Assembly: GCA_964016885.1 (NCBI GenBank)
Contig: OZ024743.1
Span: 23,250,001-23,314,000 of the forward strand
DNA: 64,000 bases
Source of the DNA: Eledone cirrhosa
Lineage: Eukaryota
Direction of reading: 5' to 3'
Positions 27,031 through 39,914 of this stretch are shown here, piece by piece. The notes beneath the pieces were generated by a model, which was not told the DNA's origin, ran no database searches, and saw only the letters and a list, made by a program, of their open reading frames with translations. Made by a program: the position numbers and the translations under genes. Every line of letters begins with the position of its first letter. The stretch's first letter is position 1.

Positions 27031-28755
27031 GAGAAGTCATTGGAGAGTTAATATGTATGTAACTATAAGACAAGCACATGCACACACAACCAAGAGTTGA
27101 GAGGTAAAGGTGGGATATGGTATAATGCTGGACTAACAAAAAGAACAGTGGTTTTTGTTTAGCCCAATGTCAAACATGATAGAGACAAGCTATGATCAAT
27201 GGCGTTCCAGCAGTAACCACTCCAGCTTTAAAGGAATGAGTCAAGGGCTACCTTATTTAGTGTGTCTTTTCTTTATCTAAAACAGAAGTGAGGTTTTAGG
27301 GAGATTTGGCTGCTATTTCTAGCAGGCCAGGTGCTACTTGGGGGCTTGTGGAAAGAAAAATGGTTGTTCGCTTTTGTAAAATCCTCGATAAAACGTTTGC
27401 AACTCACAGATTGGAACAAATCAGTCATAAAATTTAGACAAGTAAACTTTTTAATATAAGATACCAAAGTATGGTTCTTTTAGGAAGTCAACAAAATCCC
27501 ACCATTGTTTATTTGAGAGTAAACTGCATATTTTTAAAATAATTTGTAATCGTCAGTAGTTAGTATATCTCGACAGGATATTGCATAGATTTAAAGAGTT
27601 AGATATATAAGAATTCGGAAGTTGTCATGTTTATTTCTTTTAGGGGAGTGTCGTTGTTGTTTTCGTTTTTTTTTTAGCCAAAAATATAAGTGACGTAAAA
27701 GAAATGATTTCAACCAAGTCGGATAATCTCTGTTAGAATGTGCGTCTTACTATTCGGCGAGTTAAGCAGAAACATTAGGAATAACCTCCCTTTATTTACC
27801 GAAAGTTAACGTCATATACTTGTCACGTACACACTATGACAAACAACAAGGTTATTTGTTCAGAAATTCTCCGACGTTGTCTTCGTGACAGCAAGGACTA
27901 GATCCTCCTAACTAATTTAATCAATGTAATTAAGCAACAGAGTTTATTGCTTGACATATATTTGTTTTTGCACTCTATGAATATTACACGTATGTTATGT
28001 CATACAAATAACAAGTACACTTTCAGTAAGAATGTAAACAGACGCCTACTCACTAAATCATGAACACACAAGTGATCGATATTAAATTCCGGTTTAATAT
28101 TAAAGACTAGTGTGATAATCCCATTGGCATCACGTAGGCCATAACCTACACTTAACTTATCTCGTTCCATGTTAATCTATATTCTCGACAATTCATGCTT
28201 ACTGATAGTCACTAAGAATTTACGAAAACCATTTCAAAAGAACTGATACGAAGTCTCTCTATATACATGCCTCTACGTGCGTCCGTGCACACATACATAC
28301 ATACATACAGACAGACAGACATTAATTGGCTGGTGAAACGATCAATAAAGAATAAAACTTATAATTTTTGTTTTTTTTCAATATCGATGAAAATCGTCAA
28401 CGATTGTCGGCTGCTAAAATATTCTTAGTTTGTATTGTTTTTACATATTTTTGTTGCGATAAAGTGAAAATATTACTTACACCCTATTTGTTATTTAAAC
28501 TGTGTCGGCTACATAATGTCTACATTGAATTAAATATTACTATTCATAAACTAGACTCGTGTGTATTCTGGTGTTTATAATTTTATAAATACCTTGAATT
28601 AATAACGTTTGCATTTTCAGATAGAATTCTCAAAAAAGAAAAAAAAGAGAGAAGATACGATATAATGCATATTCAATATTGTGTAGTCTAAATCCAAGAG
28701 AAAGACAGACGGAGAGACTGTGTGTGGAATGATATATATATGTATATATATAAAT

Positions 28756-29315
28756 ATTGTTATACTTTGGGAGGGTCATGTTGCCAATAAGAAACACAGG
28801 CACCAGTTGTTTTCACTCCAATTTATTATAAATTTAAGAATTTATAAATTTCCGGTTGGTTGGTTGGTTCCACAACCGGACGGTTGTTCATATATTGTCA
28901 AAGTTCTTTCGTCACACATTCTGTGACCTCTTCAGTGACTGGGGATTCTTTTATTTGTTTTGTGCCTCTCCTTTGTTCTGTCCTACGCCATCTTGTTTTT
29001 GTGTGTGTTGTGTGCTTAGTTTGCGCATGTGTTACATCCGGGTGTCTGGTGTGTTTTTATTTGTTTATTTACATGTTACTGGCTGGTTGTTTGTTCTATG
29101 TGTGTGTGTGTTTTCATTTTGTCCTTAATTGTAAGTTGTGAAGTTGCTATTCCATTCATGTTTTCTATTTAATTTTGGTTGGAATTCATTTATGTTTATT
29201 GCCTCTGTGATTTGTCTAAACATTGCGTTTCTTATTGGCAACATGACCCTCCCAAAGTATAACAATATCGGTTTCAACACACGTTTTCAGATAAAGAATC
29301 TTGCTAAACAAATTC
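28756..29315 (-). mobile_element. Family C Penelope-like pseudo-LTR with hammerhead at 28897-28939 (-) and about 40-bp inverted end
   Basis: Homologous to 16547-17348; attgttatactttgggagggtcatgttgccaataagaaac is inverted at 29227-29267; flanked by TA tracts. Confidence 0.75.
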
Positions 29316-29346
29316 AGAAATGAAATATATATATATATTCACAGAC

Positions 29347-29490
29347 ATGCAGTTTCTCCTTCTGTCGAAGAAAACAAAAAGAAGTTCAGATCTCTGTGAG
29401 ATGTCGATGAGGTTAAGCATAATTGCTGATGACATCAATAAGTATCGGAATGTCAGATCAACTGCAGCAACATTTAAAAAACTGTTTTAA
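29347..29490 (+). CDS. Candidate BH3-only microprotein or terminal exon (47 aa: MQFLLLSKKTKRSSDLCEMSMRLSIIADDINKYRNVRSTAATFKKLF)
   Basis: Hand translation from ATG 29347 to TAA 29490. MSMRLSIIADDIN fits the BH3 consensus. Possible splice acceptor ttcacag at 29338-29344. Unique, non-repeat sequence. No expression evidence. Confidence 0.45.
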   Translation: MQFLLLSKKTKRSSDLCEMSMRLSIIADDINKYRNVRSTAATFKKLF

Positions 29491-30112
29491 TCAAGTACTA
29501 GATAAATAGAATGACAGAGAGAATAAGTATGTGTCGAGAATGAATATATATATATATATATTTTCGTTTGACCTGTTTAGCTTGCTTCGTTTTTTTGGCT
29601 TCGGTGGTTGATGGCTCCATGACCGCTATTTTCAATTTGTCTGGCCTCTATAACCTATGTTTATTGGTCTTCTTTTAGTCCATTGAGCGCTTGCCGCATA
29701 TCTCAAAAATTGCGTTTCGCTTTGTTTTTGACCACTGCCGAAATTCGATCTAACTGAAATTATATTTATATATATAGTTATATCTGTATAAATACAGAGT
29801 GCAAACCGAGACTGCACCAACATATATATAATATGTAGGCATATAAACAAGCCAAAAAAATTATAATTTTTTATAATTTACTGCGAAGTTCGTAATTTCT
29901 GGCAGTCCTACACACTCTGTATTATACAGATATAACTTTATCATACACTTCGGCTGCTAGTGCACTTCTTCATATATATCTAAATTAATTACCAACACAG
30001 GTGCTAATTATATGCAAATTAGTATATCTACTTCAAAATAATACTAAGTGTGGACAGGTATATATACCCATCAAATATATGTTTCCTTGTGCTTGATTGG
30101 ATGATATACCCG

Positions 30113-30155
30113 TCTTCTGATGAGAGTCCAATTAGAGCAGAAAATCGATTAAAGA
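30113..30155 (+). ncRNA. Degenerate minimal hammerhead motif
   Basis: tctt-CTGATGA...GAAA-atcga-TTA-aaga: stem I pairs, palindromic stem III (AATCGATT), stem II poorly paired. Confidence 0.45.
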
Positions 30156-30350
30156 AGTTTATCATTTTTTCAATTGACAGGGAAATTCGTATTTTCCTGT
30201 CTACATCTCAGATAAGCGTACATATATATATATGTACATACATATATATATATATATATATACATACATATATATATATATGTATGTATATATATAAACC
30301 CATGCTAGCGTGGAAGATGGACGTTAAACGATGATGATGATGATATATAT

Positions 30351-30414
<64 letters not shown>

Positions 30415-32696
30415 AGGGGTAGTAGAAACCCGACTGCAATGCCTAACACTTTTGGCTTGTATTTGGCAAGCCTTTTCAAGAGAACACTCTTGAAAGGCTT
30501 GTTGAATACAAGCTGAAACTACTGGGCATAGCTGTCAAATTTTTAACTTTATACCTACTGTTAGTTTATGTCCAGATAATATATTAGTCAATTGAATTTC
30601 AACAATCTTCCAGATGACACGAAAATACTTGTGAAAATAAGAAATGAAATGTTAATATCCAACTGTTGAAATTTGAATTATTAATGTATGAGAGACAGAG
30701 AGCAGTGGGTTGGATGGGTCATTACAATCCAAGACAAGCTGGTTTGGTTGAATACCTATCCTTGCTCATGTATTCCATATTTTTGCATGGTTTCTATGGC
30801 TGGATATGATACCTAACAGCAACCACTTCACAGATTGCATTGGTGTACTTCATCATGACACTGGCACCACTACTTGAGAGAAAGAGAGGTATGCAAACAG
30901 ACTGATGGACAGAGAAAAAGACAGAGATTACACCATTGGAAGAGAATACATGAGTGAAAACATTTCAGAAATATTTTGTCAGATTCTAACATTCGTGTGA
31001 CATACACACTTACACACACAAAGAATGAAACTTATACTTTAATATATATATATATAACGGGAGTCAACATACTAATATCTGAAAATTACTGCATATATTA
31101 TATGGATGTATATACATACACACACACACACATATATATAGGGTCAGGTCGCTCTTCAGCAGTACTGATAACATGTAACCCAGTACAACCTGTGCATGGT
31201 CGGGTCGTTGGCGACTAAACCGGCAACTCCACTAAGCTTGCTTCATGAGGAGGCTGATTTTGGACATTCTGCGGAATGAAAGACAAAACCTGTCAAAGGG
31301 CTGAGGAACTCAGGAGAGTCAACGGCCATCTAATAAAGTTTTCTATTTTTGTGGAGTGTGAGACTCCTTGTCTTCATTAAGACATCTCTCTAGGAGAAGG
31401 TCACTTTGATATAAACCCTGTGACTTTGTTTGCATCAAATGATGTAGACGAGTTCTTCTTTTGGGACAAATGCATTTGATGTTCAGAGAGGGGGATTGGC
31501 CCAATGGAAAGCTTTTCCTCACTTAAAAAAGCTTCAAGCACAGGCACTGCTTGATATGTGACATTTTTGGATGCATTGTGTTGGCGGCCATAGGCAAGTT
31601 CCTAGCAGGACTAAAAAGTCACCTCCGTGGTGCTCATGCTTCAGTATCAAGCAATGGCACTACTTGAAATCGAGTTGCAGCCATCATGTGTATATATATA
31701 TATATATATAAAATTGGATTTGAAAGTAGAAATGTGATGAAAATAAACATACTCTATACTTTATAATCATTGGTCAACAACAACATGGATACCTTTTAAC
31801 TTTTTTATGTTGCAATTAGAATGATACACAAACTACGCACACACAGACTCAATACTGCACACCCATGAAATTCACTCTATCTGCATACACATAACAGCAC
31901 CCCTAACACACCTGGCCTCTCCACCTCTGAAAGCCAAACTACTCACCAACCCTCCCGAGCCTTCTTGAAACTTTTTTTTTCTTCAAAACCCTTATTTACT
32001 TCTTCCTAAGCATGAAACTAATAAGACTTTGTGTTTTTGCACCTCTGTATTTGTCTTGTCTATTCTTGAACTATATATATATATGTCTGTGTGTTTGTGT
32101 GTGTGTTAGTTAGGTATGTAACAACAGTTACAGGTGGTGCATCATTCGAAGCACTCAATACTGTTATGCGATCTGTTTTGTTTGGGTTGCATTCCAGAGT
32201 TACAGCTGCAGTGTGCTGACTGTAAATAGATTTATGTGTCTTTGCACATATAAGCTCACATATCTGATGAGGTGTCAAAAAAACGCCAGGCTCCCTCACT
32301 TCGATTGTATGCTAAGCTGATCGATATCGAAACAATTGTAATATGCAAATAAAGTTTGTACATATGCTGCAACACTGACTTCGACTCTTTTAAATATATA
32401 TATATAGTATGGATAGTACAGTGAATTACTGATGTTGGTACCAAATCAAGCACTCTATGCACAGGCCAAGTGTATATAATAGAAAAAAAACAAGGAAGTT
32501 TTGTTTACATATAAAAAAAATATTTATTGGTTCAAAGTAACCCACCAAGTCCATAACTCCTCCCACCAAGTCCATAACTCCTATGGGTTACCTTCAGCCG
32601 ATATTGTTTTACATGTAAATGAAAATTCCTCGTTTTTTTCTATTGTATATATATATATATGGAAACTATATTTATAAAACCATATTTATTCTATTA

Positions 32697-32746
32697 TATA
32701 TATTTCAAGGGTACCAAAACTTTGGTATGCTCTCATCAGATAAAAT
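32697..32746 (-). ncRNA. Hammerhead motif (family B)
   Basis: Reverse complement ttttat-CTGATGA-gagca-TACCAAA gt TTTGGTA-ccctt-GAAA-tata. Confidence 0.5.
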
Positions 32747-32873
32747 ACAAAGTTTGTTTTATAAATATTGACATATCCAGGAATGAGACCTTAACAGTTC
32801 AAGTTTTACCTGGATAGTCTGTTATAAATATATATATTTGTTGAATTACCAACAAACTAAATATCCCTTTGCT

Positions 32874-32905
<32 letters not shown>

Positions 32906-33708
32906 ACAAAGAGGGTGTGGTTAGATACCAGATGGACCATAACGCACCAGAGTACTCAATACTTAGCGTAGTAGAGTGGGTAATAGGAAAAGGGTCAGGA
33001 CCCTTTTCATATATATATATGGCACGAGAGAGGGAGATTTAACTTTTTCTTCCTCTACTCGCAAGGTTGCACGGGTCTTCACACACCAAGTCAGTACCTA
33101 GCCAGAACCACTGGCCAGAGTGTATATCTAACCATGCTCAACAGAGTATACTGGGTGTGCTTTATCCTCATACCAGCGCTACTTTAGCATCCTCTTGTTC
33201 CTTTGTTTGGCAAGTTTTCTATTGTTGGATACCCTTCATATTATCAACCACCATAAAAATGTTCTGGGTGCCTTTTATGTGGCACCTACACTAAAGAGGA
33301 AGTCAAATCTTCTCCAGGATTATCTTATCCCCAGTCTTCATGGTCCATTGGTATCTTTGTCATGAGATCTAACTGCCTAATGGCTGGTCTACACTACTTC
33401 ATACCATGTCTTCCTTGGTCCACCTCTTCCATGAGTCCCATCTGCTGAGATTTCTCTGCACTTCTTAATAAAGCTATTATGTTCTATATATATATAGATC
33501 AGCTCAGAGTACAATCAAGGTTGTAGGGCCTGACTCTTTTTCAACATCTTGTCAAATATGCAAGCTTATATGTGCAAAGACACATAAATCTATTTATACT
33601 TTGCCCATGGTACATGGGGGATAGTTGCCGAGATGCTGAAAGTATCTGGGCTGGTGGGTTACACTTTAACCACACATATTGTAAACCAAGTAATACTAAA
33701 TTGTGTCA

Positions 33709-35665
33709 TACCATGATTGGTGCAGCAGCATCATTGTCAACTACTACAAGGCTAAAGGAGATGCACTAGATAGAGGAAACTATAGAGGAATCAAGTTCAT
33801 GGACCAGGTCATGAAGGTCACAGAAAGAGTTATAGCACAGCTGATTAGGGACCAGGTAAATCTAGATGAGATGCAGTTTGGATTTGTGCCAGGTAAAAAC
33901 ACCATAGATGCTCTCTTCCTGGTGAAGCAGCTACAGAAGTACCTAGCTAAAGGTAAGCTGCTCTACCTGGCATTTGTTGATCTGCAGAAAGCTTTTGACA
34001 GGGTCCCCTATGCTATAATCTAAGTAAACTAGGAGCAGACAAGTGGCTTTTGAAAGCTGTACAAGCCATGGATAAAGAAACAGTCAGCAAAGTTAGGATT
34101 AACAATGACTATAGCAAGGAATTTAGTATGCTGGTTGGCATCCACCAGGGCTCTGCTCTTAGCCCGCTCCTATTTATTATCATCCTACAGGCTATAACAG
34201 AGGAGTTTAAGACCAGCTGCCCATGGGAACTCCTATATGTGGGTAATCTTACACTCATAGCTGAGTCTATGGTAGAATTAGAGAAGAAATTCCAAACTTG
34301 GAAGCATGGCCTAGAAAAAAAGGGTCTTAAAGCCAACATGACAAAGACTAAGGTCCTAGGAAGTAGAAGGGAAAACAGAGCCCTGATCTCTTCGGGGAGA
34401 TGGCCTTGCTCAGTATGTAGGAAAGGTGTAGGTAGAAATTCTATCCTATGTCCCAAATGCAAACTATGGGTACACAAGAAATGTAGTGGGATCTCAGGTA
34501 GTTTAGCCAAGAACGTAGGTTTTATATGTAGCCATTGCACCAGAGCAGTAAGCACCTAATGACCACAGGAAACAAGCACTATCAAATTCTGGGAAGGTTT
34601 GGTAGAAGCGGTAGACAGCTTCTGCTACCTGGGTGACCAAATTATCAGTAGAGATGGGTGTTCTGAAAGTACAGTAGCCAAAGTGAGAACAGGCTGGAAG
34701 AAGTTCAGTGAGCTACAACTACTGCTAGCTTCAAAAGGATTTTCCCTCAAAATGTAAGGTAGACTGCATACGAACATTAATGTTGCATGGTAGTGAGACC
34801 TGGGCGCTGTTTGCAGGAGACTTGTGAAGATTGAAAAGAAATGAAGCCCGCATGCTCTGATGGATGTGTAATATTATTATACATGAATGTCAAAACATAA
34901 ATAAACTGAGAGAGAAACTATATATGAAAGGAATCAGATGCAGTGTGCAGGAGAGGAGATTGCATTGGTATGGACATGCAATGCATATGAAGGATGACAG
35001 CTGTATAAAAAGGAGCAGAGCACTCAAAGTTGATGGAAGCCATTGAGTGGGGAGACCCAGGAAGACTTGGGATAAGGTGATAAAAGCTAACCTTGCTCAA
35101 TTACACCTCTTAAAGACACATGACTGAGATCTGGCGTTATGCAGTAATACAGAAGACCTACCTTTCCATAAGCACAGGCTGAAGCTGAAGCATACATAAA
35201 GTATGCAACACCATCACCTCCACTCCACTCCACTCACTCTGCCATACACCTCCCACGAGGACAGGCTGAAGCATACATCTAATGTATACCACCTCCACCC
35301 CACCTCCCATGTCCTAACACTCCACCCTCACACATGCCCAAATACCTCACCTCCCCAATCCCCACACACCTCACTCACCAAAACCCCCAGCCCACACTGT
35401 AAAGTGGTCATGATGGCAACACAACAAAGAGCACTTAGTCCACACTGTAAAGTGGTCATGTAGGTGTCACAACAAAGAGCACCCAGTATACACGATAAAT
35501 GTGGTTGGCGTTAGGAAGGGAATCCAGCTGTAGAAACCAAAACAAAATCAGTTCTATATGAGCAGACATGGTCATTTGACCTGGCATTTCTCACAACAGG
35601 ACAACTCATCTAACCCATACTAGCATGGAAAAATGGACATTAAACAGTGGTAATGATGATGATGA
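33709..35665 (+). mobile_element. RTE LINE, 5'-truncated, with RT, PHD finger and 3' tail (pseudogenised)
   Basis: NYRGIKFMDQVMKVTERVI, QFGFVPG, LAFVDLQKAFDRVP, GIHQGSALSPLLF, LYVGNL (degenerate YADD), C4HC3 finger, RLHWYGH, (GAT)n tail; stops and frameshifts. Confidence 0.95.
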
Positions 35666-35689
35666 TATGCCTATACTAATGCAGTGTCT

Positions 35690-36110
35690 TCTCTCTTGTA
35701 CCCTACATCCAATTCCTCCTATGCCTAGTTTTCTCTCAGTTCACTTATGTGCACTAACATTTCATATCCACTAGAATATATTTGCTTCATTTCTTTCTAG
35801 CTTTCATAAATCTCCTGCCGTCAAGTCTTAAATCTCCTGCTATGTACCACTGGTGTTCGCCCACAAGAACAGTCTACCCTCTATTCTGAAAGAGAAATCC
35901 TTTGTTACCAGCTCCATAGTCCTCTTCAAGCCCATTCTTACTCTAGCTTCTACAATTTCAGAGTATTCTATCTCACGACTGATTAGGTCATCAAGGTAAC
36001 AAAAACTGTCAACAACTTCTAGGAAGCCTCTTGGGCAATTGAAGGAATCTATTTCACATGTGCTCTTAATACTGATTACATTTTTACACCTATGTTATCA
36101 AAGTCTACCT
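35690..36110 (-). mobile_element. Old RTE LINE fragment
   Basis: Reverse strand reads LEVVDSFCYLDDL and ..KGFLFQNRG, colinear with the RTE region after the PHD finger. Confidence 0.65.
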
Positions 36111-36344
36111 TCCCCATTAACTACCTATAAGTTAGGGTTAATGCTATGATAAATTGGCTGAGAAGGAACGTATAGTAGTTGAAAGATTCTTCTGCTATAT
36201 GTAAGTTTAGAAACATTTTAAATATCATGACTATACACTGTTCATTTTCTTGATATTTGTACATTATTCCATGTACTATATATGCACCTTTGATAAGTTT
36301 AGTGCACCTGAGCACTGTACACAATAATTTCATTATTGTTATTA

Positions 36345-36558
36345 TTTTGACAGTATCGGTAGAGAGTCAGAAACCATGCTTTGCAGCACAGAGTTACGGC
36401 CCTTTATGATCTGAGTTCAAATCCTGCCGAGGTTAACTTTGCCTTTCATCCTTACGGGGTCGATAAAATAAAGTACCAGTCACGCACTGGGGTAGATTTA
36501 ATCAACTTTCCCCTCCCCCAAAATTGCTGGCCTTGTGCCTATATAAGAAACCATTATT
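36345..36558 (+). mobile_element. tRNA-derived SINE type 1
   Basis: Same head, central domain and tail as 24683-24872. Confidence 0.85.
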
Positions 36559-37817
36559 AAAGAGGAGATAAAGATTTGTAATGTAGAGAACAGCTGGGAG
36601 TCTTTATGGGGCACCCTGTTACATGCAACAGATTGGATCTGTGACTGGGGCAAGTTTCCAATCATCCAGAGAGTGACATGATTCTATGACACACTAGACA
36701 GTGCCACAAAAGGGAAAAAGTAGGGTAGATAGTTATCAAAGTTAGGCATCAGATAAATATAGCTTAGAAAGAAATTGACACAAAGAGGTCTATAAATATT
36801 CTGTGATGAGAGGATCAGAGAATGATATGTTCTGGATTACAAAGCAGTATGTTTGTGTGAATCAGAGCAGCTACCAAGGCATTTGAAAGAATGCCTTGTA
36901 ATATTTGTCTTGGCCCTCTGTCTTCTGAGTTCAAATCTTGCCATGGCCAACTTCATCCTTCATCCCATCAGTGTCAATAAATATAATTACTAGTCATGTG
37001 TTGGGTAATAGAAATTCTTTTCTTTCTTTATAAGGATCTGTTATGTGAAGGAGACGAGAAAAGAATGTTCACATCATAACTCTATCAATCCTTTTAGCAA
37101 AGACTGAAAAGAAATGTGGCAAACATGCTCTGCATGTGGTAAAAACAGACAAAAAATTGCAATGAGGATGATGATATCATAAACCATATATATATATATT
37201 TTAAATATATATATAAATTCACATACACACAAACAATTATATACATATATAATTCATGTAGGTGGTGATGTATTGAATAACATAGACAATGTTTAAAGAA
37301 TTTAAATTTTCTGCTTAGTTGGAGAAAAAAACAAAAAAACTAGTCACAAATGTTAGTGATTCTCAAAGAAAAGGGGAGATAATTTCAAGATCATGAGAAT
37401 TACTTTCACACTTTGAATTTTCTTGTTTAGCAGAGAAATCTAATCTTCGTTAGCAGGCAAGGTGACAGGTATGGGCATATTTCAGTCTTAGTAGACTTCA
37501 TTAACAAAGCATAGTTCTCTGAATCATGCTTAGATCAGTGCGCAAACATTTTTACAAGATAAAAAAATTCTACAAAAATATTTTGTAAATATAATTTGTG
37601 AATTATTGACAAGATAATTAATGGATGGAGTGATATTCTGATTGAGCTTGGTAAAATATTATACAGTAATTAAAAGTGACCTTATTTTGAGAAGAAAAAA
37701 AATCTAGTGGCAATTGTTAGTGACTCACAAAAATAGAGGTCAATAATTTGCACACATATACACATGCATGCACACACACACAATTGAAAATATAGTCATC
37801 ACAATGCAGATAAATAT

Positions 37818-38658
37818 AATAATTGTTTCTACATTAGGCACAAGTGCATTACTGGTACTTTATTTTATTGACCCTGTAAGGATGAAAGGCAGATAAATAT
37901 AACAATGATTTCTACTATAGTCACAAACCAACAATTTTGGGGGAGAGGGGAAAGTTGATTAAATCAACTCCAGTGCATTACTTGTACTTTATTTTATTGA
38001 CCCCATAAGGATGAAAGGCAAAGCTAACCTTGGCGAGATTTGAACTCAGACCATAAAGGGCTGTAACTCTATACTGCAAAGCATTGCGTCCGACCCTCTA
38101 CCAATACTGCCAATATAATAATTGTTTCTACTTTTGGCACAAGGCTAGCAATTATCCCAGTGTATTACTAGTCCTTCATTTTATCGACCCTGTAAGGATG
38201 AAAGGCAAAGTTAACCTCGGCGGGATTTGAACTCAGAATGGCAAGGGCCGTAACTCTATGCGTGAAAGCATGGCGTCCGACCCTCTACCGATACTGCCAA
38301 TCCACCGAAGTTAAACTCAAATAATTGTTTCTAGTTTTAGCACAAGGCCAGCAAATACCCAGTGCATTACTGGTACTTTATTTTATCGACCCCGTAGGGA
38401 TGAAAGGAAAAGTTAACCTCGGCGGGATTTGAACTCAGAATGGCAAGGGCAGTAACTATGCGTCAAAGCATGGCGTCTGACTCTACTCAAATAATTGTTT
38501 CTACTTTAGGCACAAGGCCAGCAATTACCCAGTACATTACTGGTAGTTTATTTTATCGACCCCGTAAGGATGAAAGGTAAAGTTAACCTCGACAGGATTT
38601 GAACTCAGACCATAAAGGGACGTAACTATGCTAGAAAGCATGACGTCCAACCCTCTAA
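37818..38658 (-). repeat. Head-to-tail array of about 5 type 1 SINE copies
   Basis: Units start aattgtttcta / atgatttcta at about 37821, 37904, 38120, 38323 and 38493. Confidence 0.85.
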
Positions 38659-38862
38659 ATAATGATGGGTAATTATAGATAATAGTTAAATAAATGGGGG
38701 TAAAAGTAGACAAGAAATGCATGGTTTGATTCCCCATAGGTATCTCTGTCAAATCTTTTCCATCTCAATGGATACTTTACCCAATTTAATAATTATGACA
38801 ACTATATTTTCAAATTCCCCATGCTTCATATGTCAACCAAATCATATATATATACATATGTG

Positions 38863-38903
<41 letters not shown>

Positions 38904-39087
38904 GATACATATACTTCTTCATTGCACTGTGTCACTTGCTTTGTTATTCTGTATACGTTTTACACACACACATGTCATATATATATATATATATATATAC
39001 ATACATACATATATGTGTCTGTGTGTATATATATATATATATACATATTTACACACACACATATATATAGTATTATACATATATATA

Positions 39088-39735
39088 TAGGTGTCATGAC
39101 AAAAAAACACACAGTCCACACTGTAAAGTGGTCATGTAGGAGACAAGGTAAAAAGGTTCCCAGTCCACACTGTAAATGTGGTTGGTGTTAGGAAGGGCAT
39201 CCAGCCATAGAAAACCTGCCAGACAGTCCTATTTGAGCGAGACATGGTCACCTGACCAGCCTTGCCTCATGTGGGACAACTCCCGTCTAACCCATGCTAG
39301 CGTGTAAGATAGACGTTAAATGAAGATGATGATGATGATCATCATCATCTTCGTTTAACGTCCATCTTCCACGCTAGCATGGGTTAGACGGGAGTTGTCC
39401 CACATGAGGCAAGGCTGGTCAGGTGACCATGTCTCACTCAAATAGGACTGTCTGGCAGGTTTTCTATGGCTGGATGCCCTTCCTAACACCAACCACATTT
39501 ACAGTGTGGACTGGGAACCTTTTTACCGTGTTACCTACATGGCCATATTACAGTGTGGACTGTGTGTTTTTTTGTCATGACACCTACACGATCTTGATAT
39601 CTCATTTATTTGGACTGAATGTTGTGGTACCAACTTTACAGAGAGAGGGTGGTGTTGGTGGGAGTGGGAGGATAGAGTAGGGGTAGTGGATTGGGGTGTA
39701 TATTTGGTTAAGATGTGCCTACTGACTGTAGGTTT
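39088..39735. repeat. Tail-to-tail inverted pair of RTE 3' ends
   Basis: Arms about 39088-39335 and 39340-39585 meet at (GAT)n/(ATC)n. Confidence 0.85.
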
Positions 39736-39878
39736 ATATATATATATATATATATGTATATGTGAATATATATATATGTGTGTGTGTGTATATATGTGTG
39801 TGTATATATATATATAGTTTTATATATATTATGTGTGTGTATATATAGTTATATATATATTATATATATATGTATAGT

Positions 39879-39914
<36 letters not shown>

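Noticed and set aside
37818-38658. Repeat array resembling CRISPR
   Set aside because: Units are SINE copies of about 170-210 bp without unique spacers; eukaryotic context, no cas genes.
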